From assembly GCF_009914755.1 (NCBI RefSeq), contig NC_060943.1: a stretch of DNA of 64,000 nt; one strand, 5' to 3'. The stretch comes from the human T2T-CHM13v2.0 reference genome, Homo sapiens. Shown here in pieces: positions 49,101 through 63,000 of the stretch; within the stretch, counting starts at the first letter, position 1, and each line of letters begins with the position of its first letter. The notes beneath the pieces were generated by a model. The model was not told the DNA's origin and did no database searches. It saw only the letters and a list, made by a program, of their open reading frames with translations. The position numbers and the translations under genes are program-made.

Positions 49101-52100
49101 TCCTATGGAAACTAGACAGAATGATTCTCAGAAACTCCTTTGTGCTGTGTGCGTTCAGCTCACAGAGTTTAACCTTTCTTTTCATAGAGCAGTTAGGAAA
49201 CACTCTGTTTGTAAAGTCTGCAAGTGGATATTCAGACATCTTTGAGGCTTTCGTTGGAAACGGGATTTCTTCATATTCTGCTAGACAGAAGAATTCTCAG
49301 AAACTTCCTTGTGTTGTGTGTTTTCAACTCACAGAGTTCAACGATCCATTACACAGAGTAGACTTGAAACACTCTTTTTGTGGAATTGGCAAGTGGAGAT
49401 TTCAGCCGCTTTGAGGTCAATGGTAGAAAAGGAAATATCTTCGTATAAAAACTAGACAGAGTGATTCTCAGAAACTCCTTTGTGATGTCTGCGTTCAACT
49501 CACAGAGTTTAACCTTTCTTTTCATAGAGCAGTTAGGAAACACTCTGTTTGTAAAGTCTGCAAGTGCATATTCAGACCTCCTTGAGGCCTTCGTTGGAAA
49601 CGGGATTTCTTCATATTCTGCTATACAGAAGAATTCTCAGAAACTTCCTTGTGTTTTGTGTATTCAACTCACAGAGTTGAACGATCCTTTACACAGAGCA
49701 GACTTGAAACACTCTTTTTGTGGAATTTGCAAGTGGAGATTTCAGCCGCTTTGAGGTCAATGGTAGAAAAGGAAATATCTTCGTATAAAAACTAGACAGA
49801 ATGATTCTCAGAAACTCCTTTGTGATGTGTGCGTTCAACTCACAGAGTTTAACCTTTCTTTTCATAGAGCAGTTAGGAAACACTCTGTTGGTAAAGTCTG
49901 CAAGTGGATATTCAGACCTCTTTGAGGCCTTCTTTGGAAACGGGATTTCTTCATATTCTGCTAGACAGAAGAATTCTCAGAAACTTCCTGGTGTTGCGTG
50001 TTTTCCACTCACAGAGTTCTACGATCCTTTACACAGAGTAGACTTGAAAAACTCTTTTTGTTGAATTGGCCAGTGGAGATTTCAGCCGCTTTGAGGTCAA
50101 TGGTAGAAAAGGAAATATCTTCGTATAAAAACTAGACAGAATGATTCTCAGAAACTCCTTTGTGATGTGTGCGTTCAACTCACAGAGTTTAACCTTTCTT
50201 TTCATAGAGCAGTTAGGAAACACTCTGGTTGTAAAGTCTGCAAGTGGATATTCAGACCTCGTTGAGGCCTTCGTTGGAAACGGGATTTCTTCATATTATG
50301 CTAGACAGAAGAATTCTCAGTAACTTCCTTGTGTTGTGTGTATTCAACTCACAGTGTTGAACGATCCTTTACACAGAGCATACTTGAAACACTCTTGTTG
50401 TGGAATTTGCAAGTGGAGATTTCAGCCGCTTTGAGGTCAATGGTAGAATAGGAAATATCTTCCTATAGAAACTAGACAGAATGATTCTCAGAAACTCCTT
50501 TGTGATGTGTGCGTTCAACTCACAGAGTTTAACCTTTCTTTTCATAGAGCAGTTAGGAAACACTCTGTTTGTAAAGTCTGCAAGTGGATATTCAGACATC
50601 TTTGAGGTTTTCGTAGGAAACGGGATTTCTTCATATTCTGCTAGACAGAAGAATTCTCAGAAACTTCCTTGTGTTGTGTTTATTCAACTCACAGAGTCGA
50701 ACGATCCTTTACTCAGAGCAGACTTGAAACACTCCATTTGTGGAATTTGCAAGTGGAGATTTCAGCCGCTTTGAGGTCAATGGTAGAATAGGAAATATCT
50801 TCCTATGGAAACTAGACAGAATGATTCTCAGAAACTCCTTTGTGCTGTGTGCGTTCAGCTCACAGAGTTTAACCTTTCTTTTCATAGAGCAGTTAGGAAA
50901 CACTCTGTTTGTAAAGTCTGCAAGTGGATATTCAGACATCTTTGAGGCTTTCGTTGGAAACGGGATTTCTTCATATTCTGCTAGACAGAAGAATTCTCAG
51001 AAACTTCCTTGTGTTGTGTGTTTTCAACTCACAGAGTTCAACGATCCATTACACAGAGTAGACTTGAAACACTCTTTTTGTGGAATTGGCAAGTGGAGAT
51101 TTCAGCCGCTTTGAGGTCAATGGTAGAAAAGGAAATATCTTCGTATAAAAACTAGACAGAGTGATTCTCAGAAACTCCTTTGTGATGTCTGCGTTCAACT
51201 CACAGAGTTTAACCTTTCTTTTCATAGAGCAGTTAGGAAACACTCTGTTTGTAAAGTCTGCAAGTGCATATTCAGACCTCCTTGAGGCCTTCGTTGGAAA
51301 CGGGATTTCTTCATATTCTGCTATACAGAAGAATTCTCAGAAACTTCCTTGTGTTTTGTGTATTCAACTCACAGAGTTGAACGATCCTTTACACAGAGCA
51401 GACTTGAAACACTCTTTTTGTGGAATTTGCAAGTGGAGATTTCAGCCGCTTTGAGGTCAATGGTAGAAAAGGAAATATCTTCGTATAAAAACTAGACAGA
51501 ATGATTCTCAGAAACTCCTTTGTGATGTGTGCGTTCAACTCACAGAGTTTAACCTTTCTTTTCATAGAGCAGTTAGGAAACACTCTGTTGGTAAAGTCTG
51601 CAAGTGGATATTCAGACCTCTTTGAGGCCTTCTTTGGAAACGGGATTTCTTCATATTCTGCTAGACAGAAGAATTCTCAGAAACTTCCTGGTGTTGCGTG
51701 TTTTCAACTCACAGAGTTCAACGATCCTTTACACAGAGTAGACTTGAAAAACTCTTTTTGTTGAATTGGCCAGTGGAGATTTCAGCCGCTTTGAGGTCAA
51801 TGGTAGAAAAGGAAATATCTTCGTATAAAAACTAGACAGAATGATTCTCAGAAACTCCTTTGTGATGTGTGCGTTCAACTCGCAGAGTTTAACCTTTCTT
51901 TTCATAGAGCAGTTAGGAAACACTCTGGTTGTAAAGTCTGCAAGTGGATATTCAGACCTCGTTGAGGCCTTCGTTGGAAACGGGATTTCTTCATATTATG
52001 CTAGACAGAAGAATTCTCAGTAACTTCCTTGTGTTGTGTGTATTCAACTCACAGTGTTGAACGATCCTTTACACAGAGCATACTTGAAACACTCTTGTTG

Positions 52101-55100
52101 TGGAATTTGCAAGTGGAGATTTCAGCCGCTTTGAGGTCAATGGTAGAATAGGAAATATCTTCCTATAGAAACTAGACAGAATGATTCTCAGAAACTCCTT
52201 TGTGATGTGTGCGTTCAACTCACAGAGTTTAACCTTTCTTTTCATAGAGCAGTTAGGAAACACTCTGTTTGTAAAGTCTGCAAGTGGATATTCAGATATC
52301 TTTGAGGTTTTCGTAGGAAACGGGATTTCTTCATACTCTGCTAGACAGAAGAATTCTCAGAAACTTCCTTGTGTTGTGTTTATTCAACTCACAGAGTCGA
52401 ACGATCCTTTACTCAGAGCAGACTTGAAACACTCCATTTGTGGAATTTGCAAGTGGAGATTTCAGCCGCTTTGAGGTCAATGGTAGAATAGGAAATATCT
52501 TCCTATGGAAACTAGACAGAATGATTCTCAGAAACTCCTTTGTGCTGTGTGCGTTCAGCTCACAGAGTTTAACCTTTCTTTTCATAGAGCAGTTAGGAAA
52601 CACTCTGTTTGTAAAGTCTGCAAGTGGATATTCAGACATCTTTGAGGCTTTCGTTGGAAACGGGATTTCTTCATATTCTGCTAGACAGAAGAATTCTCAG
52701 AAACTTCCTTGTGTTGTGTGTTTTCAACTCACAGAGTTCAACGATCCATTACACAGAGTAGACTTGAAACACTCTTTTTGTGGAATTGGCAAGTGGAGAT
52801 TTCAGCCGCTTTGAGGTCAATGGTAGAAAAGGAAATATCTTCGTATAAAAACTAGACAGAGTGATTCTCAGAAACTCCTTTGTGATGTCTGCGTTCAACT
52901 CACAGAGTTTAACCTTTCTTTTCATAGAGCAGTTAGGAAACACTCTGTTTGTAAAGTCTGCAAGTGCATATTCAGACCTCCTTGAGGCCTTCGTTGGAAA
53001 CGGGATTTCTTCATATTCTGCTATACAGAAGAATTCTCAGAAACTTCCTTGTGTTTTGTGTATTCAACTCACAGAGTTGAACGATCCTTTACACAGAGCA
53101 GACTTGAAACACTCTTTTTGTGGAATTTGCAAGTGGAGATTTCAGCCGCTTTGAGGTCAATGGTAGAAAAGGAAATATCTTCGTATAAAAACTAGACAGA
53201 ATGATTCTCAGAAACTCCTTTGTGATGTGTGCGTTCAACTCACAGAGTTTAACCTTTCTTTTCATAGAGCAGTTAGGAAACACTCTGTTGGTAAAGTCTG
53301 CAAGTGGATATTCAGACCTCTTTGAGGCCTTCTTTGGAAACGGGATTTCTTCATATTCTGCTAGACAGAAGAATTCTCAGAAACTTCCTGGTGTTGCGTG
53401 TTTTCAACTCACAGAGTTCAACGATCCTTTACACAGAGTAGACTTGAAAAACTCTTTTTGTTGAATTGGCCAGTGGAGATTTCAGCCGCTTTGAGGTCAA
53501 TGGTAGAAAAGGAAATATCTTCGTATAAAAACTAGACAGAATGATTCTCAGAAACTCCTTTGTGATGTGTGCGTTCAACTCGCAGAGTTTAACCTTTCTT
53601 TTCATAGAGCAGTTAGGAAACACTCTGGTTGTAAAGTCTGCAAGTGGATATTCAGACCTCGTTGAGGCCTTCGTTGGAAACGGGATTTCTTCATATTATG
53701 CTAGACAGAAGAATTCTCAGTAACTTCCTTGTGTTGTGTGTATTCAACTCACAGTGTTGAACGATCCTTTACACAGAGCATACTTGAAACACTCTTGTTG
53801 TGGAATTTGCAAGTGGAGATTTCAGCCGCTTTGAGGTCAATGGTAGAATAGGAAATATCTTCCTATAGAAACTAGACAGAATGATTCTCAGAAACTCCTT
53901 TGTGATGTGTGCGTTCAACTCACAGAGTTTAACCTTTCTTTTCATAGAGCAGTTAGGAAACACTCTGTTTGTAAAGTCTGCAAGTGGATATTCAGACACC
54001 TTTGAGGTTTTCGTAGGAAACGGGATTTCTTCATATTCTGCTAGACAGAAGAATTCTCAGAAACTTCCTTGTGTTGTGTTTATTCAACTCACAGAGTCGA
54101 ACGATCCTTTACTCAGAGCAGACTTGAAACACTCCATTTGTGGAATTTGCAAGTGGAGATTTCAGCCGCTTTCAGGTCAATGGTAGAATAGGAAATATCT
54201 TCCTATGGAAACTAGACAGAATGATTCTCAGAAACTCCTTTGTGCTGTGTGCGTTCAGCTCACAGAGTTTAACCTTTCTTTTCATAGAGCAGTTAGGAAA
54301 CACTCTGTTTGTAAAGTCTGCAAGTGGATATTCAGACATCTTTGAGGCTTTCGTTGGAAACGGGATTTCTTCATATTCTGCTAGACAGAAGAATTCTCAG
54401 AAACTTCCTTGTGTTGTGTGTTTTCAACTCACAGAGTTCAACGATCCATTACACAGAGTAGACTTGAAACACTCTTTTTGTGGAATTGGCAAGTGGAGAT
54501 TTCAGCCGCTTTGAGGTCAATGGTAGAAAAGGAAATATCTTCGTATAAAAACTAGACAGAGTGATTCTCAGAAACTCCTTTGTGATGTCTGCGTTCAACT
54601 CACAGAGTTTAACCTTTCTTTTCATAGAGCAGTTAGGAAACACTCTGTTTGTAAAGTCTGCAAGTGCATATTCAGACCTCCTTGAGGCCTTCGTTGGAAA
54701 CGGGATTTCTTCATATTCTGCTATACAGAAGAATTCTCAGAAACTTCCTTGTGTTTTGTGTATTCAACTCACAGAGTTGAACGATCCTTTACACAGAGCA
54801 GACTTGAAACACTCTTTTTGTGGAATTTGCAAGTGGAGATTTCAGCCGCTTTGAGGTCAATGGTAGAAAAGGAAATATCTTCGTATAAAAACTAGACAGA
54901 ATGATTCTCAGAAACTCCTTTGTGATGTGTGCGTTCAACTCACAGAGTTTAACCTTTCTTTTCATAGAGCAGTTAGGAAACACTCTGTTGGTAAAGTCTG
55001 CAAGTGGATATTCAGACCTCTTTGAGGCCTTCTTTGGAAACGGGTTTTCTTCATATTCTGCTAGACAGAAGAATTCTCAGAAACTTCCTGGTGTTGCGTG

Positions 55101-57960
55101 TTTTCAACTCACAGAGTTCAACGATCCTTTACACAGAGTAGACTTGAAAAACTCTTTTTGTTGAATTGGCCAGTGGAGATTTCAGCCGCTTTGAGGTCAA
55201 TGGTAGAAAAGGAAATATCTTCGTATAAAAACTAGACAGAATGATTCTCAGAAACTCCTTTGTGATGTGTGCGTTCAACTCGCAGAGTTTAACCTTTCTT
55301 TTCATAGAGCAGTTAGGAAACACTCTGGTTGTAAAGTCTGCAAGTGGATATTCAGACCTCGTTGAGGCCTTCGTTGGAAACGGGATTTCTTCATATTATG
55401 CTAGACAGAAGAATTCTCAGTAACTTCCTTGTGTTGTGTGTATTCAACTCACAGTGTTGAACGATCCTTTACACAGAGCATACTTGAAACACTCTTGTTG
55501 TGGAATTTGCAAGTGGAGATTTCAGCCGCTTTGAGGTCAATGGTAGAATAGGAAATATCTTCCTATAGAAACTAGACAGAATGATTCTCAGAAACTCCTT
55601 TGTGATGTGTGCGTTCAACTCACAGAGTTTAACCTTTCTTTTCATAGAGCAGTTAGGAAACACTCTGTTTGTAAAGTCTGCAAGTGGATATTCAGACATC
55701 TTTGAGGTTTTCGTAGGAAACGGGATTTCTTCATATTCTGCTAGACAGAAGAATTCTCAGAAACTTCCTTGTGTTGTGTTTATTCAACTCACAGAGTCGA
55801 ACGATCCTTTACTCAGAGCAGACTTGAAACACTCCATTTGTGGAATTTGCAAGTGGAGATTTCAGCCGCTTTGAGGTCAATGGTAGAATAGTAAATATCT
55901 TCCTATGGAAACTAGACAGAATGATTCTCAGAAACTCCTTTGTGCTGTGTGCGTTCAGCTCACAGAGTTTAAACTTTCTTTTCATAGAGCAGTTAGGAAA
56001 CACTCTGTTTGTAAAGTCTGCAAGTGGATATTCAGACATCTTTGAGGCTTTCGTTGGAAACGGGATTTCTTCATATTCTGCTAGACAGAAGAATTCTCAG
56101 AAACTTCCTTGTGTTGTGTGTTTTCAACTCACAGAGTTCAACGATCCATTACACAGAGTAGACTTGAAACACTCTTTTTGTGGAATTGGCAAGTGGAGAT
56201 TTCAGCCGCTTTGAGGTCAATGGTAGAAAAGGAAATATCTTCGTATAAAAACTAGACAGAGTGATTCTCAGAAACTCCTTTGTGATGTCTGCGTTCAACT
56301 CACAGAGTTTAACCTTTCTTTTCATAGAGCAGTTAGGAAACACTCTGTTTGTAAAGTCTGCAAGTGCATATTCAGACCTCCTTGAGGCCTTCGTTGGAAA
56401 CGGGATTTCTTCATATTCTGCTATACAGAAGAATTCTCAGAAACTTCCTTGTGTTTTGTGTATTCAACTCACAGAGTTGAACGATCCTTTACACAGAGCA
56501 GACTTGAAACACTCTTTTTGTGGAATTTGCAAGTGGAGATTTCAGCCGCTTTGAGGTCAATGGTAGAAAAGGAAATATCTTCGTATAAAAACTAGACAGA
56601 ATGATTCTCAGAAACTCCTTTGTGATGTGTGCGTTCAACTCACAGAGTTTAACCTTTCTTTTCATAGAGCAGTTAGGAAACACTCTGTTGGTAAAGTCTG
56701 CAAGTGGATATTCAGACCTCTTTGAGGCCTTCTTTGGAAACGGGATTTCTTCATATTCTGCTAGACAGAAGAATTCTCAGAAACTTCCTGGTGTTGCGTG
56801 TTTTCAACTCACAGAGTTCAACGATCCTTTACACAGAGTAGACTTGAAAAACTCTTTTTGTTGAATTGGCCAGTGGAGATTTCAGCCGCTTTGAGGTCAA
56901 TGGTAGAAAAGGAAATATCTTCGTATAAAAACTAGACAGAATGATTCTCAGAAACTCCTTTGTGATGTGTGCGTTCAACTCACAGAGTTTAACCTTTCTT
57001 TTCATAGAGCAGTTAGGAAACACTCTGGTTGTAAAGTCTGCAAGTGGATATTCAGACCTCGTTGAGGCCTTCGTTGGAAACGGGATTTCTTCATATTATG
57101 CTAGACAGAAGAATTCTCAGTAACTTCCTTGTGTTGTGTGTATTCAACTCACAGTGTTGAACGATCCTTTACACAGAGCATACTTGAAACACTCTTGTTG
57201 TGGAATTTGCAAGTGGAGATTTCAGCCGCTTTGAGGTCAATGGTAGAATAGGAAATATCTTCCTATAGAAACTAGACAGAATGATTCTCAGAAACTCCTT
57301 TGTGATGTGTGCGTTCAACTCACAGAGTTTAACCTTTCTTTTCATAGAGCAGTTAGGAAACACTCTGTTTGTAAAGTCTGCAAGTGGATATTCAGACACC
57401 TTTGAGGTTTTCGTAGGAAACGGGATTTCTTCATATTCTGCTAGACAGAAGAATTCTCAGAAACTTCCTTGTGTTGTGTTTATTCAACTCACAGAGTCGA
57501 ACGATCCTTTACTCAGAGCAGACTTGAAACACTCCATTTGTGGAATTTGCAAGTGGAGATTTCAGCCGCTTTGAGGTCAATGGTAGAATAGGAAATATCT
57601 TCCTATGGAAACTAGACAGAATGATTCTCAGAAACTCCTTTGTGCTGTGTGCGTTCAGCTCACAGAGTTTAACCTTTCTTTTCATAGAGCAGTTAGGAAA
57701 CACTCTATTTGTAAAGTCTGCAAGTGGATATTCAGACATCTTTGAGGCTTTCGTTGGAAACGGGATTTCTTCATATTCTGCTAGACAGAAGAATTCTCAG
57801 AAACTTCCTTGTGTTGTGTGTTTTCAACTCACAGAGTTCAACGATCCATTACACAGAGTAGACTTGAAACACTCTTTTTGTGGAATTGGCAAGTGGAGAT
57901 TTCAGCCGCTTTGAGGTCAATGGTAGAAAAGGAAATATCTTCGTATAAAAACTAGACAGA

Positions 57961-60000
57961 GTGATTCTCAGAAACTCCTTTGTGATGTCTGCGTTCAACT
58001 CACAGAGTTTAACCTTTCTTTTCATAGAGCAGTTAGGAAACACTCTGTTTGTAAAGTCTGCAAGTGCATATTCAGACCTCCTTGAGGCCTTCGTTGGAAA
58101 CGGGATTTCTTCATATTCTGCTATACAGAAGAATTCTCAGAAACTTCCTTGTGTTTTGTGTATTCAACTCACAGAGTTGAACGATCCTTTACACAGAGCA
58201 GACTTGAAACACTCTTTTTGTGGAATTTGCAAGTGGAGATTTCAGCCGCTTTGAGGTCAATGGTAGAAAAGGAAATATCTTCGTATAAAAACTAGACAGA
58301 ATGATTCTCAGAAACTCCTTTGTGATGTGTGCGTTCAACTCACAGAGTTTAACCTTTCTTTTCATAGAGCAGTTAGGAAACACTCTGTTGGTAAAGTCTG
58401 CAAGTGGATATTCAGACCTCTTTGAGGCCTTCTTTGGAAACGGGATTTCTTCATATTCTGCTAGACAGAAGAATTCTCAGAAACTTCCTGGTGTTGCGTG
58501 TTTTCAACTCACAGAGTTCAACGATCCTTTACACAGAGTAGACTTGAAAAACTCTTTTTGTTGAATTGGCCAGTGGAGATTTCAGCCGCTTTGAGGTCAA
58601 TGGTAGAAAAGGAAATATCTTCGTATAAAAACTAGACAGAATGATTCTCAGAAACTCCTTTGTGATGTGTGCGTTCAACTCGCAGAGTTTAACCTTTCTT
58701 TTCATAGAGCAGTTAGGAAACACTCTGGTTGTAAAGTCTGCAAGTGGATATTCAGACCTCGTTGAGGCCTTCGTTGGAAACGGGATTTCTTCATATTATG
58801 CTAGACAGAAGAATTCCCAGTAACTTCCTTGTGTTGTGTGTATTCAACTCACAGTGTTGAACGATCCTTTACACAGAGCATACTTGAAACACTCTTGTTG
58901 TGGAATTTGCAAGTGGAGATTTCAGCCGCTTTGAGGTCAATGGTAGAATAGGAAATATCTTCCTATAGAAACTAGACAGAATGATTCTCAGAAACTCCTT
59001 TGTGATGTGTGCGTTCAACTCACAGAGTTTAACCTTTCTTTTCATAGAGCAGTTAGGAAACACTCTGTTTGTAAAGTCTGCAAGTGGATATTCAGACATC
59101 TTTGAGGTTTTCGTAGGAAACGGGATTTCTTCATATTCTGCTAGACAGAAGAATTCTCAGAAACTTCCTTGTGTTGTGTTTATTCAACTCACAGAGTCGA
59201 ACGATCCTTTACTCAGAGCAGACTTGAAACACTCCATTTGTGGAATTTGCAAGTGGAGATTTCAGCCGCTTTGAGGTCAATGGTAGAATAGGAAATATCT
59301 TCCTATGGAAACTAGACAGAATGATTCTCAGAAACTCCTTTGTGCTGTGTGCGTTCAGCTCACAGAGTTTAACCTTTCTTTTCATAGAGCAGTTAGGAAA
59401 CACTCTGTTTGTAAAGTCTGCAAGTGGATATTCAGACATCTTTGAGGTTTTCGTAGGAAACGGGATTTCTTCATATTCTGCTAGACAGAAGAATTCTCAG
59501 AAACTTCCTTGTGTTGTGTTTATTCAACTCACAGGGTCGAACGATCCTTTACTCAGAGCAGACTTGAAACACTCCATTTGTGGAATTTGCAAGTGGAGAT
59601 TTCAGCCGCTTTGAGGTCAATGGTAGAATAGGAAATATCTTCCTATGGAAACTAGACAGAATGATTCTCAGAAACTCCTTTGTGCTGTGTGCGTTCAGCT
59701 CACAGAGTTTAACCTTTCTTTTCATAGAGCAGTTAGGAAACACTCTGTTTGTAAAGTCTGCAAGTGGATATTCAGACATCTTTGAGGCTTTCGTTGGAAA
59801 CGGGATTTCTTCATATTCTGCTAGACAGAAGAATTCTCAGAAACTTCCTTGTGTTGTGTGTTTTCAACTCACAGAGTTCAACGATCCATTACACAGAGTA
59901 GACTTGAAACACTCTTTTTGTGGAATTGGCAAGTGGAGATTTCAGCCGCTTTGAGGTCAATGGTAGAAAAGGAAATATCTTCGTATAAAAACTAGACAGA
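57961..60000 (+). repeat. 12-mer (2,040-bp) HOR structural variant with a duplicated D/E dimer
   Basis: The hybrid dimer at 59321 begins E-type (tgtgctgtgt gcgttcagct) and continues D-type (tttgaggttt tcgtagg). The 124-aa ORF occurs at both 59240 and 59580. Confidence 0.93.
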
Positions 60001-63000
60001 GTGATTCTCAGAAACTCCTTTGTGATGTCTGCGTTCAACTCACAGAGTTTAACCTTTCTTTTCATAGAGCAGTTAGGAAACACTCTGTTTGTAAAGTCTG
60101 CAAGTGCATATTCAGACCTCCTTGAGGCCTTCGTTGGAAACGGGATTTCTTCATATTCTGCTATACAGAAGAATTCTCAGAAACTTCCTTGTGTTTTGTG
60201 TATTCAACTCACAGAGTTGAACGATCCTTTACACAGAGCAGACTTGAAACACTCTTTTTGTGGAATTTGCAAGTGGAGATTTCAGCCGCTTTGAGGTCAA
60301 TGGTAGAAAAGGAAATATCTTCGTATAAAAACTAGACAGAATGATTCTCAGAAACTCCTTTGTGATGTGTGCGTTCAACTCACAGAGTTTAACCTTTCTT
60401 TTCATAGAGCAGTTAGGAAACACTCTGTTGGTAAAGTCTGCAAGTGGATATTCAGACCTCTTTGAGGCCTTCTTTGGAAACGGGTTTTCTTCATATTCTG
60501 CTAGACAGAAGAATTCTCAGAAACTTCCTGGTGTTGCGTGTTTTCAACTCACAGAGTTCAACGATCCTTTACACAGAGTAGACTTGAAAAACTCTTTTTG
60601 TTGAATTGGCCAGTGGAGATTTCAGCCGCTTTGAGGTCAATGGTAGAAAAGGAAATATCTTCGTATAAAAACTAGACAGAATGATTCTCAGAAACTCCTT
60701 TGTGATGTGTGCGTTCAACTCGCAGAGTTTAACCTTTCTTTTCATAGAGCAGTTAGGAAACACTCTGGTTGTAAAGTCTGCAAGTGGATATTCAGACCTC
60801 GTTGAGGCCTTCGTTGGAAACGGGATTTCTTCATATTATGCTAGACAGAAGAATTCTCAGTAACTTCCTTGTGTTGTGTGTATTCAACTCACAGTGTTGA
60901 ACGATCCTTTACACAGAGCATACTTGAAACACTCTTGTTGTGGAATTTGCAAGTGGAGATTTCAGCCGCTTTGAGGTCAATGGTAGAATAGGAAATATCT
61001 TCCTATAGAAACTAGACAGAATGATTCTCAGAAACTCCTTTGTGATGTGTGCGTTCAACTCACAGAGTTTAACCTTTCTTTTCATAGAGCAGTTAGGAAA
61101 CACTCTGTTTGTAAAGTCTGCAAGTGGATATTCAGACATCTTTGAGGTTTTCGTAGGAAACGGGATTTCTTCATATTCTGCTAGACAGAAGAATTCTCAG
61201 AAACTTCCTTGTGTTGTGTTTATTCAACTCACAGAGTCGAACGATCCTTTACTCAGAGCAGACTTGAAACACTCCATTTGTGGAATTTGCAAGTGGAGAT
61301 TTCAGCCGCTTTGAGGTCAATGGTAGAATAGTAAATATCTTCCTATGGAAACTAGACAGAATGATTCTCAGAAACTCCTTTGTGCTGTGTGCGTTCAGCT
61401 CACAGAGTTTAACCTTTCTTTTCATAGAGCAGTTAGGAAACACTCTGTTTGTAAAGTCTGCAAGTGGATATTCAGACATCTTTGAGGCTTTCGTTGGAAA
61501 CGGGATTTCTTCATATTCTGCTAGACAGAAGAATTCTCAGAAACTTCCTTGTGTTGTGTGTTTTCAACTCACAGAGTTCAACGATCCATTACACAGAGTA
61601 GACTTGAAACACTCTTTTTGTGGAATTGGCAAGTGGAGATTTCAGCCGCTTTGAGGTCAATGGTAGAAAAGGAAATATCTTCGTATAAAAACTAGACAGA
61701 GTGATTCTCAGAAACTCCTTTGTGATGTCTGCGTTCAACTCACAGAGTTTAACCTTTCTTTTCATAGAGCAGTTAGGAAACACTCTGTTTGTAAAGTCTG
61801 CAAGTGCATATTCAGACCTCCTTGAGGCCTTCGTTGGAAACGGGATTTCTTCATATTCTGCTATACAGAAGAATTCTCAGAAACTTCCTTGTGTTTTGTG
61901 TATTCAACTCACAGAGTTGAACGATCCTTTACACAGAGCAGACTTGAAACACTCTTTTTGTGGAATTTGCAAGTGGAGATTTCAGCCGCTTTGAGGTCAA
62001 TGGTAGAAAAGGAAATATCTTCGTATAAAAACTAGACAGAATGATTCTCAGAAACTCCTTTGTGATGTGTGCGTTCAACTCACAGAGTTTAACCTTTCTT
62101 TTCATAGAGCAGTTAGGAAACACTCTGTTGGTAAAGTCTGCAAGTGGATATTCAGACCTCTTTGAGGCCTTCTTTGGAAACGGGATTTCTTCATATTCTG
62201 CTAGACAGAAGAATTCTCAGAAACTTCCTGGTGTTGCGTGTTTTCAACTCACAGAGTTCAACGATCCTTTACACAGAGTAGACTTGAAAAACTCTTTTTG
62301 TTGAATTGGCCAGTGGAGATTTCAGCCGCTTTGAGGTCAATGGTAGAAAAGGAAATATCTTCGTATAAAAACTAGACAGAATGATTCTCAGAAACTCCTT
62401 TGTGATGTGTGCGTTCAACTCACAGAGTTTAACCTTTCTTTTCATAGAGCAGTTAGGAAACACTCTGGTTGTAAAGTCTGCAAGTGGATATTCAGACCTC
62501 GTTGAGGCCTTCGTTGGAAACGGGATTTCTTCATATTATGCTAGACAGAAGAATTCTCAGTAACTTCCTTGTGTTGTGTGTATTCAACTCACAGTGTTGA
62601 ACGATCCTTTACACAGAGCATACTTGAAACACTCTTGTTGTGGAATTTGCAAGTGGAGATTTCAGCCGCTTTGAGGTCAATGGTAGAATAGGAAATATCT
62701 TCCTATAGAAACTAGACAGAATGATTCTCAGAAACTCCTTTGTGATGTGTGCGTTCAACTCACAGAGTTTAACCTTTCTTTTCATAGAGCAGTTAGGAAA
62801 CACTCTGTTTGTAAAGTCTGCAAGTGGATATTCAGACACCTTTGAGGTTTTCGTAGGAAACGGGATTTCTTCATATTCTGCTAGACAGAAGAATTCTCAG
62901 AAACTTCCTTGTGTTGTGTTTATTCAACTCACAGAGTCGAACGATCCTTTACTCAGAGCAGACTTGAAACACTCCATTTGTGGAATTTGCAAGTGTAGAT

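Noticed and set aside
49990-50025. Singleton SNVs such as ttttccactc/gagttct (50006, 50020), and 25996, 26071, 54173, 58817
   Set aside because: They are isolated private substitutions that cannot be told apart from ordinary mutation or consensus error, and they form no pattern.
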